Shown here piece after piece: positions 39,252 through 50,000 of a stretch of 64,000 bases of DNA. Where the stretch lies: the NCBI GenBank assembly GCA_000708835.1, contig DF237196.1, forward strand, positions 58,907 through 122,906, read 5' to 3'. The stretch's first letter is position 1, and each line of letters opens with the position of its first letter. A program made the position numbers and the translations under genes. Origin of the DNA: Klebsormidium nitens. Taxonomy: Eukaryota; Plantae; Klebsormidiophyceae. The notes under the pieces are model-generated. The model was given only the letters and a program-made list of their open reading frames with translations. It ran no database searches and was not told where the DNA came from.

Positions 39252-39745
39252 CAGGCTCCACAAGCTTTCCAAGACCCCAAATGCTGGACACTGAGGGCGA
39301 TGGACCAGCAGATACCTGAATCTCCATTTTGTACACAGCGTCAACAAAACTTTCTCGAAGGTCCTTGAAGTCATCGCCCAGAGCCTTGAAGGACTGCGGA
39401 TCATGGAGAGGGATGCCCTTGGGCCAATTCAAAAAGCTTCTCAAGCTACACTCGTCTGAGCAATGCTGATTATCACATCACAGCTTTTCTTGCTGCCCCT
39501 CTGATGCTCCTTAATATCCCAGCGGATTGCTTCCTCACTTCGCAATTCAACAGGCGGTGTTCCAGAACCATGGCCGCACGTTTCAGAAGACGCCAAAAGG
39601 CCAGTGTCTCCATCCGGTGCAGCTTCTCTGAAGGACTTTTCAGCTGGCTCAACCTCCACTTGACCTTTGATCCTTCTTGTATCCAATTATCATCCCAGTC
39701 ATCATGGACTTTTGGATAGTTGGTGTAAGGATAGGAGACGCCCAT
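39252..39745 (-). pseudogene. Gene Y copy C, frameshifted first exon
   Basis: The Y-A peptide is split across three frames (ORFs 39473-39745, 39441-39686, 39214-39444). The exon is 494 nt versus 484 nt. Confidence 0.7.
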
Positions 39746-40754
39746 GTTTCAGACGGCCGAGGAGCGCAATTCAGAACTCTCGGTCCTAATTTTGAGCAGC
39801 TTTAAAGCTCTCTACAGCTAGGCGAAGCTGCTGTCTTTAACTATGACTATTAGGTAGTATGCTTTCAGGTCGCGTGCTTTCACAAAGATGCTGGGCCCGA
39901 GTCAGGGGGATCCACCACGACCTCGAGCCTGAGGCATCAGACGCTCCGAGTCCGAGTCCTAGTCCACGTGGCTCGCTGTAGAGTTCTTGAATCATACAGG
40001 AGGCCTCGACGACCGTGCGATGGGCAAGGATTGCTTGTGCGCGGTACGATCGCAAGCCCCAAGTGCCTGCAATCCATCTGACGGACATCGTGCACGTGCA
40101 GTACATCGCACGGACATCCATCGCACGCTTTCATGTCATGCTCGACCATCCGATGCTGCTTAGTGCCATTTGGCAAAATGCAGGCCGTTCGACAACCAAG
40201 TGCGGTCAGTTTGAGCCTTGAGCGTGCTACTATAAGGCGCCCGGGAGACGAGTAGGGTTATTTCATTATTTTGATCGTTTAAAGAGTGTAGTGTGGGTTT
40301 GGGAATAAGGTATCGTTGGTTCAAGGGGTTTAGAAGAGCCTCCCGGGTGACACGAAGGTTGCACTGGTGGCAGTACCGTCAGGCGCGTGAAGGGCTGACT
40401 GGTAGCCAGACTGGACTCGGACCAGGGCGTTCAGCGTTGGGAACAATATTCCAGTCCTTCGAGGCGACTGGCGACTCTCAGCCCGCGGGACAGTCACACA
40501 GAGTTTCAGGCGCCTCTCACTGGCTTCAGCTCCTTTACTGGCACGTTGACTTGACATCTTAGGGACATCTTTGGCTGGCTAGTCGGATCAGCATCTGGTG
40601 GGCGCGGAGCAGCAGCAGGCCCGGCCGAGCTGTGAAGCTGGAAGAAAGGAGGAAGGGAGCCCACCAGGGCGCCACCGCTCCCTTCACTCGGTTGAACAGT
40701 TTCTGCTTCGCTTTCGATTCTCGCACTTCATAGGTCAACATTGTGGCAGACACT

Positions 40755-43110
40755 ATGGCAAGCGCTAATGCCGCTCGCACGGAGTTGCTCACTCTGCCAG
40801 CGCTTGCGCTTCAGATGGAGGTTGACCAGCTTAGAAGTTACCTTCCTGCTGTCGTCGACGAGATTGCCAGGCAGAAAGGGTGAGTCTTGGTTGAGTTTCA
40901 GAATGGACCCTGAGTGGCTCGATAATACCGTCTGCCATCAACTCCCTTCAACTAGATGACTTTAAGTACCAGCTTTGAGAAATCAATCGACAATTGATGG
41001 CCACTCATGCCTTTTGTCCAGATACGTAGCTAGCTGAGGAATCCTATTTCGGGTCCATTTTCGGCGGCTTGAAAAGTGTCAAGATAGATAGCAAGATCTG
41101 CGTCAAGCCTATCCGAAAGTAGATGAATCACTCTCATATCTGGGGTTATCTAGACCTCTGGAAGAAGTCCTGTTGTGTCAGCCAAGGACTGAGTGCCCTG
41201 CAGTTGTGCCTTCTTGCGTAGGATACGATTTTCCAAACCCTTTTGACCAAACAGTTCTGTGGCTTACACCCGTAGGCGCGTTGATTGAGGAGCACTTATT
41301 TTCAATGCAGACCGATACGTGTCGAGGACTCCGCTACGGGCGGCCTCAAGTTGGCCAAGGACATCTTCACCGAGAAGATAAGCGACAATGACTCCCTTCA
41401 AACTGTGGTCGTGGGTTTGAAAGAAGGATACAACCAGTACGTTCGAGATGACCCTTCCTCGGGCGAGAAGGTGAGACCTGAATTTGGCTGACTATATCGA
41501 GCCTACCTTTTCAATGTTCCCGCTAGTAAATAGAGAGAAGACGCTTTGAGCGACGATCAGAGCAACAGCATGTCTTCTCGAAGTGCGTGGGTTAAGACAT
41601 TCGTTGTCAAGAACAGCTGGTCAATTGCATCTCAGAATGGGTCCACGATCTGAGCATCCGTAAAGTCCCTTCTCTATGATAGGTTGGAGACAAGTTCGAA
41701 ACTAAACTTTTTCCGTTTCAAGACTAAGCCCACTGGCAAATTGGGGATTTTGCTGCCAGCCGAATGCATAAGATCTGTTTGCTCAAACTCAAATCGACCG
41801 AACGCCGTCTACTTTGTGGGTCCTAGCGTCACTGGTCCTAGTTCGCTTTGACCAGCTGTACGGGAATACCTGCTGAAGTCTACTACTCATCAAAGACCGC
41901 CAATTCTCAATCATCTCCTACCCCATCTCATCAACTGCTGCCGCAGACGAGAGGCGCTTCCGCGCTGACGCCACCTCGCTTTAATTCTCGCCAGGTATCG
42001 TGGAAGCGGACGTTCGGAGTAAGCCGCTGCCAGGACCTGGGGCAGAAGAGACTGCCGGACGCTGTGGACTTCTTCCTGCGAAAGGCAGCCTCCAGCCGTG
42101 AGCTGTGCGCCGCGATGAAGGCGTACCTGGACGGCTACTTCTGCCTGCCGGGGACGGCCGCCTGCAACACCGCCACGCGCGCGCGCCTGGAGGCGTGCTT
42201 CGCGCACATCCTGGCGGCCTTCGAGGCGAGTCTGCCAACGCGAGTCTGGGCATTGAGAGTTGGAGCCGATTCATGAAACGGGATGCGTGTCAGAAAGTCC
42301 GCGGTCTGTGTACGTCTAGCCAGCTTTCAGAATGCTTCCGAATCTAATTGCATTGATGTTCCAATCCCCACCTGGGTGCTGGGACGAGTCCGTGCTAGGC
42401 GTTTATACGGTAGAATTTTGCGGGCATGATTACCCAATCGGAGTCCAGAACTTGTCTTCGTCATAGCCGATGAAATCGCAGGAATGACCGCAAAACGAGG
42501 CTCTCGAGGCTTGTTTCTGCACCTGAGGAACTCTTGAAGTCTCGAAGTTGCTTCGTCAAAGGTTGATGACCCACGGGGTCAGTCTCGAGATGCTTTGAAA
42601 CAATCCAGTTACGGCGTCGTAGCAATTGCACGGCCGAGGTCTCGTTCGTGGAGGAGACTGTGGGGGCTTCGAGTCACAAGCGGTGAAAAGGCTCTACTTA
42701 AATTCGATACGGTTTATCTTTTACGTCAGGCTCCTTTTGTTAGTCAAATGTCGGCCAGGCAGTCGTACCGAAGTTTCTTCTTATGTCATCGTATCTTAGA
42801 CTTCAGGAAAGGACACTTCGTTGTAGAAAGGCAGGTTATTCCAACGTCTGTTCACTGTAGAAAACCTTCGCGCGGAAATGCATTTTTCTTGTCAGATTGC
42901 AGTTGTGTTTGAAGTCGTATCCGCCATTCCTTGTGCTTGTGGTCCGATTGGTGCACCTACGTCTTTCATTTGTGCCCCGCTGAAAGCTGACTCACTATGT
43001 TAGGACTTACCTTGCAGGTCCCCAACGGCGAAGCAGAGGGACTCTTCTTCGACAGCGACATTCCTTTCATTGATGCCTTCTGGCTCGAGGACCCCGGATC
43101 ACTCTTCTAG
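40755..43110 (+). CDS. Orphan gene X, copy C, 202 aa
   Basis: Exons 40755-40879, 41311-41470, 41995-42225 (GC donor) and 43018-43110 give an open frame MASANAARTELL...DAFWLEDPGSLF*. Exon 3 differs from copy A at 5 of 77 residues. Confidence 0.8.
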
Positions 43111-44363
43111 GCTATCTCAGAGGTCTCATAGTGAGCCTCGCATCTGGTGTACAGTATATTATGGAGAGGCATGAGCGCCTTTTATGAGTCTCAAGTTTTC
43201 AGTCGGCTCTAGTATCCACTACTCCGGAAACTTGCTGCCCTTGCGCTCGGTTGTTCCTCGCAGATTCTACCTTGCATTCTGGTCGAGACAATGTCGGGAT
43301 CGTCGATTCAGGAGTGCCTGATATGCGAGCTTCAGAAAAAGCCACATTATCATACATCTGGGTCATTCCAAAAGAGTTGGACTTTCAAATAGTCATGTTA
43401 AGAGGTCAACTCCGAACAGAGGTGACGGGAAGTGATCATATGGAAGTGTCTAGCATTTGCGAAACGTGCATCTCGTCACATTGCAGACAGCGTCTACCAT
43501 TGGAGGATGCAGTTGCACAAAGCACTGGTCACTGTCTGCTTCATGGCCCTTGATTGAGCGTGTAGAGGAGCCATGGCTATAATCAACGGCTTCTTGATGC
43601 AAACAAGCATTATCTTGCGAGCGAACGGAAGACTGAACACCAGACTGGATGTGCAATTTGATTTCGCCGTTTGATTTGACTCGGATAATGTCGATCGTAT
43701 TATTACAACGGTTGACTGAGTGAAAGAGGAGGTGCAATATTTCACCTACCGCCTGATTACGCAGTTCAAGTTGCATATACGCGCACAGACGTCCATCCAC
43801 GCTGCGTTGAAGCGACCGGCCTGCGGCCAATGTTGGGGCTCGGTTGCTTCCTCACGGCCTCAAATTAATGGAATGAAGAATCTTACCCACTTTAAACGAG
43901 AGATAGAAAACAAAGTCACACCTTCCCCGATTGTTCGACCCGAAAAAATGTAAACAGATTGAGCTCGGAATGGCTTTTGATGAGAGTCAGCGCTATTCAG
44001 AAAGGAAACAAATCTCTCCGTTACAGTGAGAAGCTCTTTTAAGACGCAATGATGCAGATTCATATGCGGATTCAATTGGGCTGAGCAAAGGCCCAAACGT
44101 TTTCGCAAAATATGCATTCAATAAGTACAACTTTTCCCGTCACCGCAAGCTTCCTGTGACACACCCAGAGTTGTCGATCGTGTCTCTAAAGGGTTCCTCA
44201 TCTTCTCGTGAGGTGGAAAAGTTTTCGAGTGATACAGTTATCTCTTGATGGTTCTGACATTTCTGGACTTCTGGCCAATGAAACAGCAGACGTGTTGTTT
44301 TTGTGGTGTAGAATCCTGCTTCTTCAGCGTCAAGTCAGACGGCGGCCCTCCATTTCCCGCCTT

Positions 44364-44785
44364 CTAGTTATCCTCCCGCGTGTGCTGCGCGCGCTTCCTC
44401 TGCTTCTTGCGCTTCGGCTGCCCCGCCCCGCGCGCACTAGGCGCGACGGGGTGGCACGCGCACGTCGGGTCCAGGAACGCGCTCACCTCCTGCCCGAGCG
44501 CATCGAGATCCTCCCCGATCAGGACGTCCAGCAGAAAAACCATGCGGCTGTAGGCTCAGCTCCCGCACGACGAGCTTTTCGCGCGCGCGTAACAAGCCAA
44601 ATGGAAGGGACTAAGTTGGAAGCGCCTCTCTCTGTTGTGCGGGTATAGTGAAGCGCCCGGGGCGTGCCGAGGGTGACACGCACGGGCTAGCACATTATCC
44701 AGAACGTCATCCTTCAGCAAGACTTTTACTTCAAGTATGAAGTGTTGCATCAACCGGTTCCATTATGAACTTGAATGTACACAAT
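44364..44785 (-). pseudogene. Coding fragment Z3 of an unknown family
   Basis: GC-rich frame 44753-44364 interrupted by TGA at 44556-44558, then AYSRMVFLLDVLIGEDLDALGQEV...KRKKQRKRAQHTREDN*. Homologous to Z2. Confidence 0.55.
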
Positions 44786-46718
44786 CAAAGCTAAAGCAAG
44801 CAAGGTACTTGAGAGCCATGTGGGTGTCACGTCAAAAGTAAAGAGTCTAGGAAAGTCCGTAGGTTTGTTTCACAGCACGGCGCACGAGGACGGATAGTGC
44901 AACTGCTCAAGATTAGTCTGTGAAATCCATGCAGACGGGCCGTACTTCGTCAGTGGCTAATTTAGACCACCTTTTCACACGGCAGCTTACGCGCATGTGG
45001 TAACCATGTCTTTGAATCAAGGGTTATCAGAGTATGCATTTTGACAATGGTCTTGGTGTAGCCTACGCCTGATGGACACTTCTCTTAACGCCCATGCGTA
45101 TCAAAGGCATGGGGCGGAGTGCGGGTACATTTGGATCAATTCGACCATACGGTTGTCATGGTCGGATAGGGTGCCTGCATGGTCACTTCTTTCCGCACAT
45201 AAAGCGGACTCTTGCATGCATCACTCTATGTGCATCATTGACAGCTAGTGGCTCATATAAATCCAACCACACGTTGGCCGGCACGCCGCATATTGAAATT
45301 GCGATTGGCATATGCCACAGCATGTACGCGTAATGTACGTCATCCGCCCTCTAAACAAACGAATCTCAGCGTGCTCAATTTGAAACATAGAAGCACGGCG
45401 GCATGCATGTTCCTCGCCACCTCCTGACGGAGGACGGATCAACTCTTTCAAGACTTCCATGCGGTTCGATCATGCAATCACCGAATAGACATGAAATGAA
45501 ACGTGAATCGATTAATTCATTCTTGCTTGATGGATCGTGGGAGTACTACTGTTGCTGCGTTGGAACATGACAACATCGATTTAAGTGAAAATATAGAAAG
45601 TGAGTGACCACTTTGCATACGTCGAAACACATGCTTTATAATCATAAATACAGTCACTCAAGAGTCTCTGCGCTAAAACTAGCAAAAACTTGGCTAATAA
45701 CTGCACAAATTGAATGACTCATAATCGAGAAAGTAAAGACGAACTTCATCTACACTGCATGCGTACCTTGCAATCTAAATGACACATCACCCAACCCGCA
45801 AGCTTTCGAACATTCTTTACATCTACCACCTTCATCACGCAGCCTTATCTTTATCACGCGTCTCAAGAATGCTAATCCTTGCAGTTATCAAAGGTCATAG
45901 CTCTAGTATCTGACCTGTCTGTTGGCGAAACCGGCGTCTTTATATAAGCCTCTGCGCATCCACTCGAGAGATTCTACGCAGGCTTCTTGACTTCACCGTT
46001 TTCGAAAAGTCCACCAAGCAACCAGGATCTGCACTGGTGATACTAACGACCAAGCGAGAGTCCGTATTGCAGTTTACTCGTACGCCCATGCTCTATCAAA
46101 AAGGCCACTCCCCACTCAAGCGCCTGGACTCTATCAGCACCTCCTCCACTCCCCGAAGCCAACCTGCTGGACAAAGATCCACAGCATTGACATAACCGTG
46201 CTCTACGAGAACGGTCTTTCTCCGTCGCACTCCATTCTTGCCAACCCCAACCCTTCGAAGTCCCAGTCCCTTCAACTCGGCACTGGAAGACGTGTGACGT
46301 CCCCTTCCATGGAGAAACTGCAGATGGTGCACCCCCAGCAAACCTCTCTCTTTCGAGGCCCTGAACTCTCTCCCTCCTCTCCGCTGCACTTTTACCATAA
46401 GTCCCAAGTGCCACCCAAATCCGGTCTCAACCTTGTCTGTTGCAAACCCGCCAGCGCCCGTTGTTTTGAGCCAAACCGAAACCCCCTTTTTATGCTGAAC
46501 GAACGCCGATACCCTCCCCACCCTCTTGCCAATGTCGCAGGTCCAACTCCCCTCTCTGAACAGCTCCTGCGACTCCGCAAAACCGCACTTCGTCGCTACT
46601 GCATTTTCCTGCGACTGTCCCCACGCCCTCTGCCCTTTCAGCCTCGTTCCTCCGTCAGCCCCCGTGCTGCCCAAAGTTCTCAGCCCGTTACCGCCGCCCC
46701 CGGGTCCCCTGACTCCCC

Positions 46719-47020
46719 AACCCGTCACTGCTGCACAAGCGCCAGCACGCCCCTGACCGCAGGCGCACCGATCCCCCCCACAGGCCCGCTCCTCCCCAGC
46801 CTCGTCCCCAACGACCCCACCCCCGGTTATGCACCCGGGGCCCCCGACCCCCCCAACCCGTCACTGTTGCACGAGCGCCAGCACGCCCCTGAAGGTACGC
46901 GGACAGATCCCCCCAGCCTCGTTCCCAACGACCCCACCCCCGGTTATGAGATAACCCGGGGCCCACGATCCCTCAACCCGTCACTGCTGCACGAGAGCCA
47001 GCACGCCCCGCAGGCGCACC
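46719..47020. repeat. Tandem triplication (periods about 136 and 120 bp) containing the last codons and stop of the kinase
   Basis: aacccgtcactg(c/t)tgcac(a/g)ag(c/a)gccagcacgccc at 46719, 46855 and 46975. Confidence 0.85.
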
Positions 47021-50000
47021 AGCACCTCCGCCATATCCGGCCGGTCCTGGCTCATATCCTGCACGCACTCCGCGGCGATTTCCGCGACGATCTCGATGTC
47101 GTGCATGTACCGCTCCACGTCGGGGATCGTCTCGTCCGCGATCGCGTCGACGCGCCCCTCCCGGATCAGCGGAACCGCCCACGTGGTTAGGTTAACCTTG
47201 CCGATGGCCTGCCGTTGGAGGCGCGCACGGTCGGGGTCTGAGGGGGACAGCTCGAGGACAGAGAAGATGGCCTTCTTGCCGGTGACGACGGAGAGGAGGA
47301 GCACGCCGAAGGAGTAGACGTCGGAGCGCTGGGTCAGCTCCTGGGTGGCGAAGTACTGGGGGTCTGCGGGGCGAAGAAAATAAGGTTAAGAAAACGGTTT
47401 GCAATTTGGTTTTGAGTTGAGTGACTTGCATATGGGATGAACAGACACGAGACCTTCGCCTGGTCTTTACGTTCCCTCCTTCCTCCGCTCTCCTCTTCCT
47501 CGTTGCGTCAACAGCTTGGCACACTCGCATATGCCGCAACTCTGATAATAACGATTATCGACTCAGCCTCCTGCTTTTCTAGATATTGCAAACAGTGGGA
47601 GCAAACAGCGGGATCGCTGAAGCAGGCAGAAGAAGTCAACCCGTCTCCTTCACCAAATTTCACGCCCTCATGGAAGGATACAAAGAAAACGGAAAGCGAG
47701 CAGCACGCACCCAAGTAGCCCGGCGTTCCCTTGATGGCTGTGGTGATGTGGGTCCGCTCCGCATCGTACAGCGTAGCCAAGCCGAAGTCGCCCAGGTACG
47801 CTGAGTCGGTTTCGTCCAACAAGATGTTGTTCGCCTTGATGTCGCCTGCAGTCAAGCATGAGTTTGAGAAGCACAGTTCAAAACAAGAGATGGTCGATTC
47901 GATCATGCACTCTGCAGAAGGTTGGTCGCTGAATGGTCGAATGCATGCCTGGAAGATTGCCTGAACAGGACTCGTGCGATGATTTCGGCGAGCTCAAGGA
48001 GAAGTCAGCGGCGAGAGCGACGAATCGAGGGCCTCCTCCTTTGATTGACACGTGGAGGACACCTCTGCCGGGACTCTGACGCCAAAATCACGAGCATTGA
48101 TTGCAAATCAGCCTCTCCACCAAGAAGTCGCCTAAGCTTCTCAGCATGTCAAGACAGCTTGACTGCCTCCTTCAAGGAAACTTTTATAAACGTGCCATAG
48201 ACTCACGATGCACGATGGGCGGCCGGCAGCCGTTGTGCAGATACTCGATGGCGCTGGCGACCTCCACTGCGACCTTCACGCGCGCGGGCCAGTCCAGGAT
48301 GCCCCGGGCTCCGCCAGGCAGGTTGTCCTGCGAACAGTTGGGAGTTACTGATTGATGAGCACCAGCACGTGCTTCCGTTGCTCCTCTCAAATGGATCTCA
48401 TGCAACTCACCTCTTGATAAATGAGACTTGTCTGAGGCTCCTTCGTTCTTTAGTAAGTTCGCCTACTGTTGAAATGAGTGGACAAAGAACAAGATTTGTA
48501 CCGGCCGATAGTCGCGACTGGCTCTTATATATATGGACCCGCAGACTTAAGCTAAGCACCACTCCGTTACGAACGTATGTCGCCCTTCTGAAGCAGAGTC
48601 GTGCCGGCAACTAGACAAGAAAAAGTTCTGCCAGTCAGCTTGTTCCATGAGAGAAAGGTATTGACAAAGCAGAAAAATGGAGCCGCTGATAACAAAGAAG
48701 ACCAATATAACTGGAACAAAGACTGGACAAAGCAGAAAATGCAGCCGCTGAACACAAAAAAGACCAATATAACGTGGAACAAAACGTTGGCTCCTTGTTA
48801 AGATGGCAACGTGCCATTTAACCAAGAAAGCGTCATCAATGTGGCATTCAACCGCAAGACTCTTTGGATGGAAGCTCAGAGACTTTCAGATTGCAAGTCA
48901 TGGCAGTGCTTGCACTGCTCAGACAATACGTGCAACTGTTTGCTCATCACCGCATCCAGCAAGCATTGTGGAGTCAAGCAGACGGAAGAAGTGGACCCTA
49001 TCTGTAAGCTCAAGGGCAGTAGGTTCACAAACCTCAAGGAAGCAGACGAACCTCAACAAGGCCAAAAACCGAGCAAATGTTTTGGTTCCATAGACGGCCG
49101 ACTTCGCAAGTTATCACCCAGCATATATATATAAGTTATAGCAGCAGCAGTCCGGCCTTAGTATAGCACTCGTCTGAAACCAGTGATAATTCAGAAGGTT
49201 TTGTAAGCCAGCCAATATCTGTTGAAGATGCAGAAAACTCATGCGCGTGACGTCTCGGAAAATTCAGAAGAGCAGGCCTGATAATGTCACCAAGAGCCAA
49301 GCGAACCAATGAAGCAGACAAAGTATGTGACTGGATTTTGAACCTTACACCACACCAGATCCAGAGCACCCACTTGCAGAGTCAATTGGGCAAGGCGACG
49401 CACACGCGCACAAGCCTGAAGAGCTGCCACTGTTGCAAAATCCTTCGGCTGAAGTCCGTCTTCCAGACCCTCGAAAAATCTCAAAGAAGTACAAAAATCC
49501 ACACCCAAAGTTAACGGCGACAATTCTCACCGTTGGGCATGAAGTCGTAGACGAGCATACGCTCGCGCGACACGAAATTGCAAAGGCCGACGCAGAACCT
49601 CCGAAGTCACAAAGCCGTGCAATCTGAGTGAGAGCGAGCACAATCCACAAAACCTGGGTTAAGATGAGGCGTTACCTGCAGCGTGCCGTTGGGCATGAAG
49701 TCGTACACGAGCATGAGCTCGCGCGATGCAACCTCGCAGAAGCCGAGGAATGGGACCAGGTGGCGGTGCCGCAGCTGCGACAGCGTCTCGAGCTCCCGCT
49801 GGAACTCCGCCTGCCGCGACGCCAGCACGCTCGGCGCGATCTCCGCGCGCTTCACCGCAGCGATGCGCCCGTCGGCGAACTGCGCCTTGTACACCTGCGG
49901 AAAAGGAGCGGGAATGCTGTAAATTTGCGGTGCTTGGCTTTTGTAGGGGTGAACCAGTCTGATGAGTATTGAGACCCAAGTAAAAAGGGGTCCGAAAGAA

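Larger units (their letters stand above)
38290..43650. repeat. X/Y cassette copy C (inverted)
   Basis: Reverse-complement homology to 16480-22250. Confidence 0.85.

Noticed and set aside
46719-47020. Repeat-spacer-like periodicity suggesting CRISPR
   Set aside because: Eukaryotic locus; the spacers are homologous to each other and the repeat is the kinase 3' end.
46198-47190. 330-aa plus-strand ORF
   Set aside because: Antisense to the kinase last exon and its C-rich tandem repeats; Pro-rich by composition and has no motif.
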